Assembly: GCF_964204645.1 (NCBI RefSeq)
Contig: NC_134027.1
Coordinates: 21,166,560 to 21,230,559 of the forward strand
From: Tubulanus polymorphus
Taxonomy: Eukaryota > Animalia > Nemertea
Direction of reading: 5' to 3'
Length of the DNA stretch: 64,000 bases
This document shows, piece by piece, positions 63,978 to 64,000 of this stretch. The position numbers and the translations under genes were made by a program. Position 1 is the first letter of the stretch. The number at the start of each line of letters is the position of its first letter. The notes beneath the pieces are model-generated. The model was not told where the DNA came from and did no database searches. It saw only the letters and a list, made by a program, of their open reading frames with translations.

Positions 63978-64000
63978 CTTAGTGTTTTAGTGTTTTAAGT

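Larger units (their letters stand above)
60531..64000. mobile_element. Polinton/Maverick-like element copy C: probable left terminus and terminal gene cluster, continuing beyond the window
   Basis: Begins AGTAGTT exactly where the piggyBac relic stops (Polinton TIRs start with AG, often AGT repeats), followed by G-rich and (TTTCTTAAGATTT)n sub-terminal repeats, then RING-like, PC4 and packaging ATPase genes. Confidence 0.65.

Overview
AT-rich, intron-rich animal (probably bilaterian invertebrate) genomic DNA, not prokaryotic. Three host genes were reconstructed exon by exon from GT-AG sites. AASS (LKR/SDH, minus strand) runs off the left edge. SLC52-type riboflavin transporter is on the plus strand, divergent from AASS. 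TRIP13/PCH2 (minus strand, 11 coding exons, 448 aa) has its first coding exon at 52501-52640, behind a 15.5-kb intron filled with transposon relics and a 748-bp higher-order tandem repeat. TRIP13 also hosts a nested intronless 125-aa ORF and an antisense copy of its own exon 3. The last ~10 kb is a stack of Polinton/Maverick (adintovirus-like) copies: two decayed protein-primed DNA polymerases, a broken packaging ATPase and a probable AGTAGT terminus at 60531. It also carries apparently intact cargo genes: a triple RING-like protein, an intron-containing double-PC4 protein and a RING protein with repeated upstream elements. Small elements include Helentron/DINE-1-like elements with 154-bp repeats carrying CTCF-like motifs, palindromic Penelope-derived elements with hammerhead-like cores, and several MITEs. 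All calls are by eye from motifs; no database searches were run.
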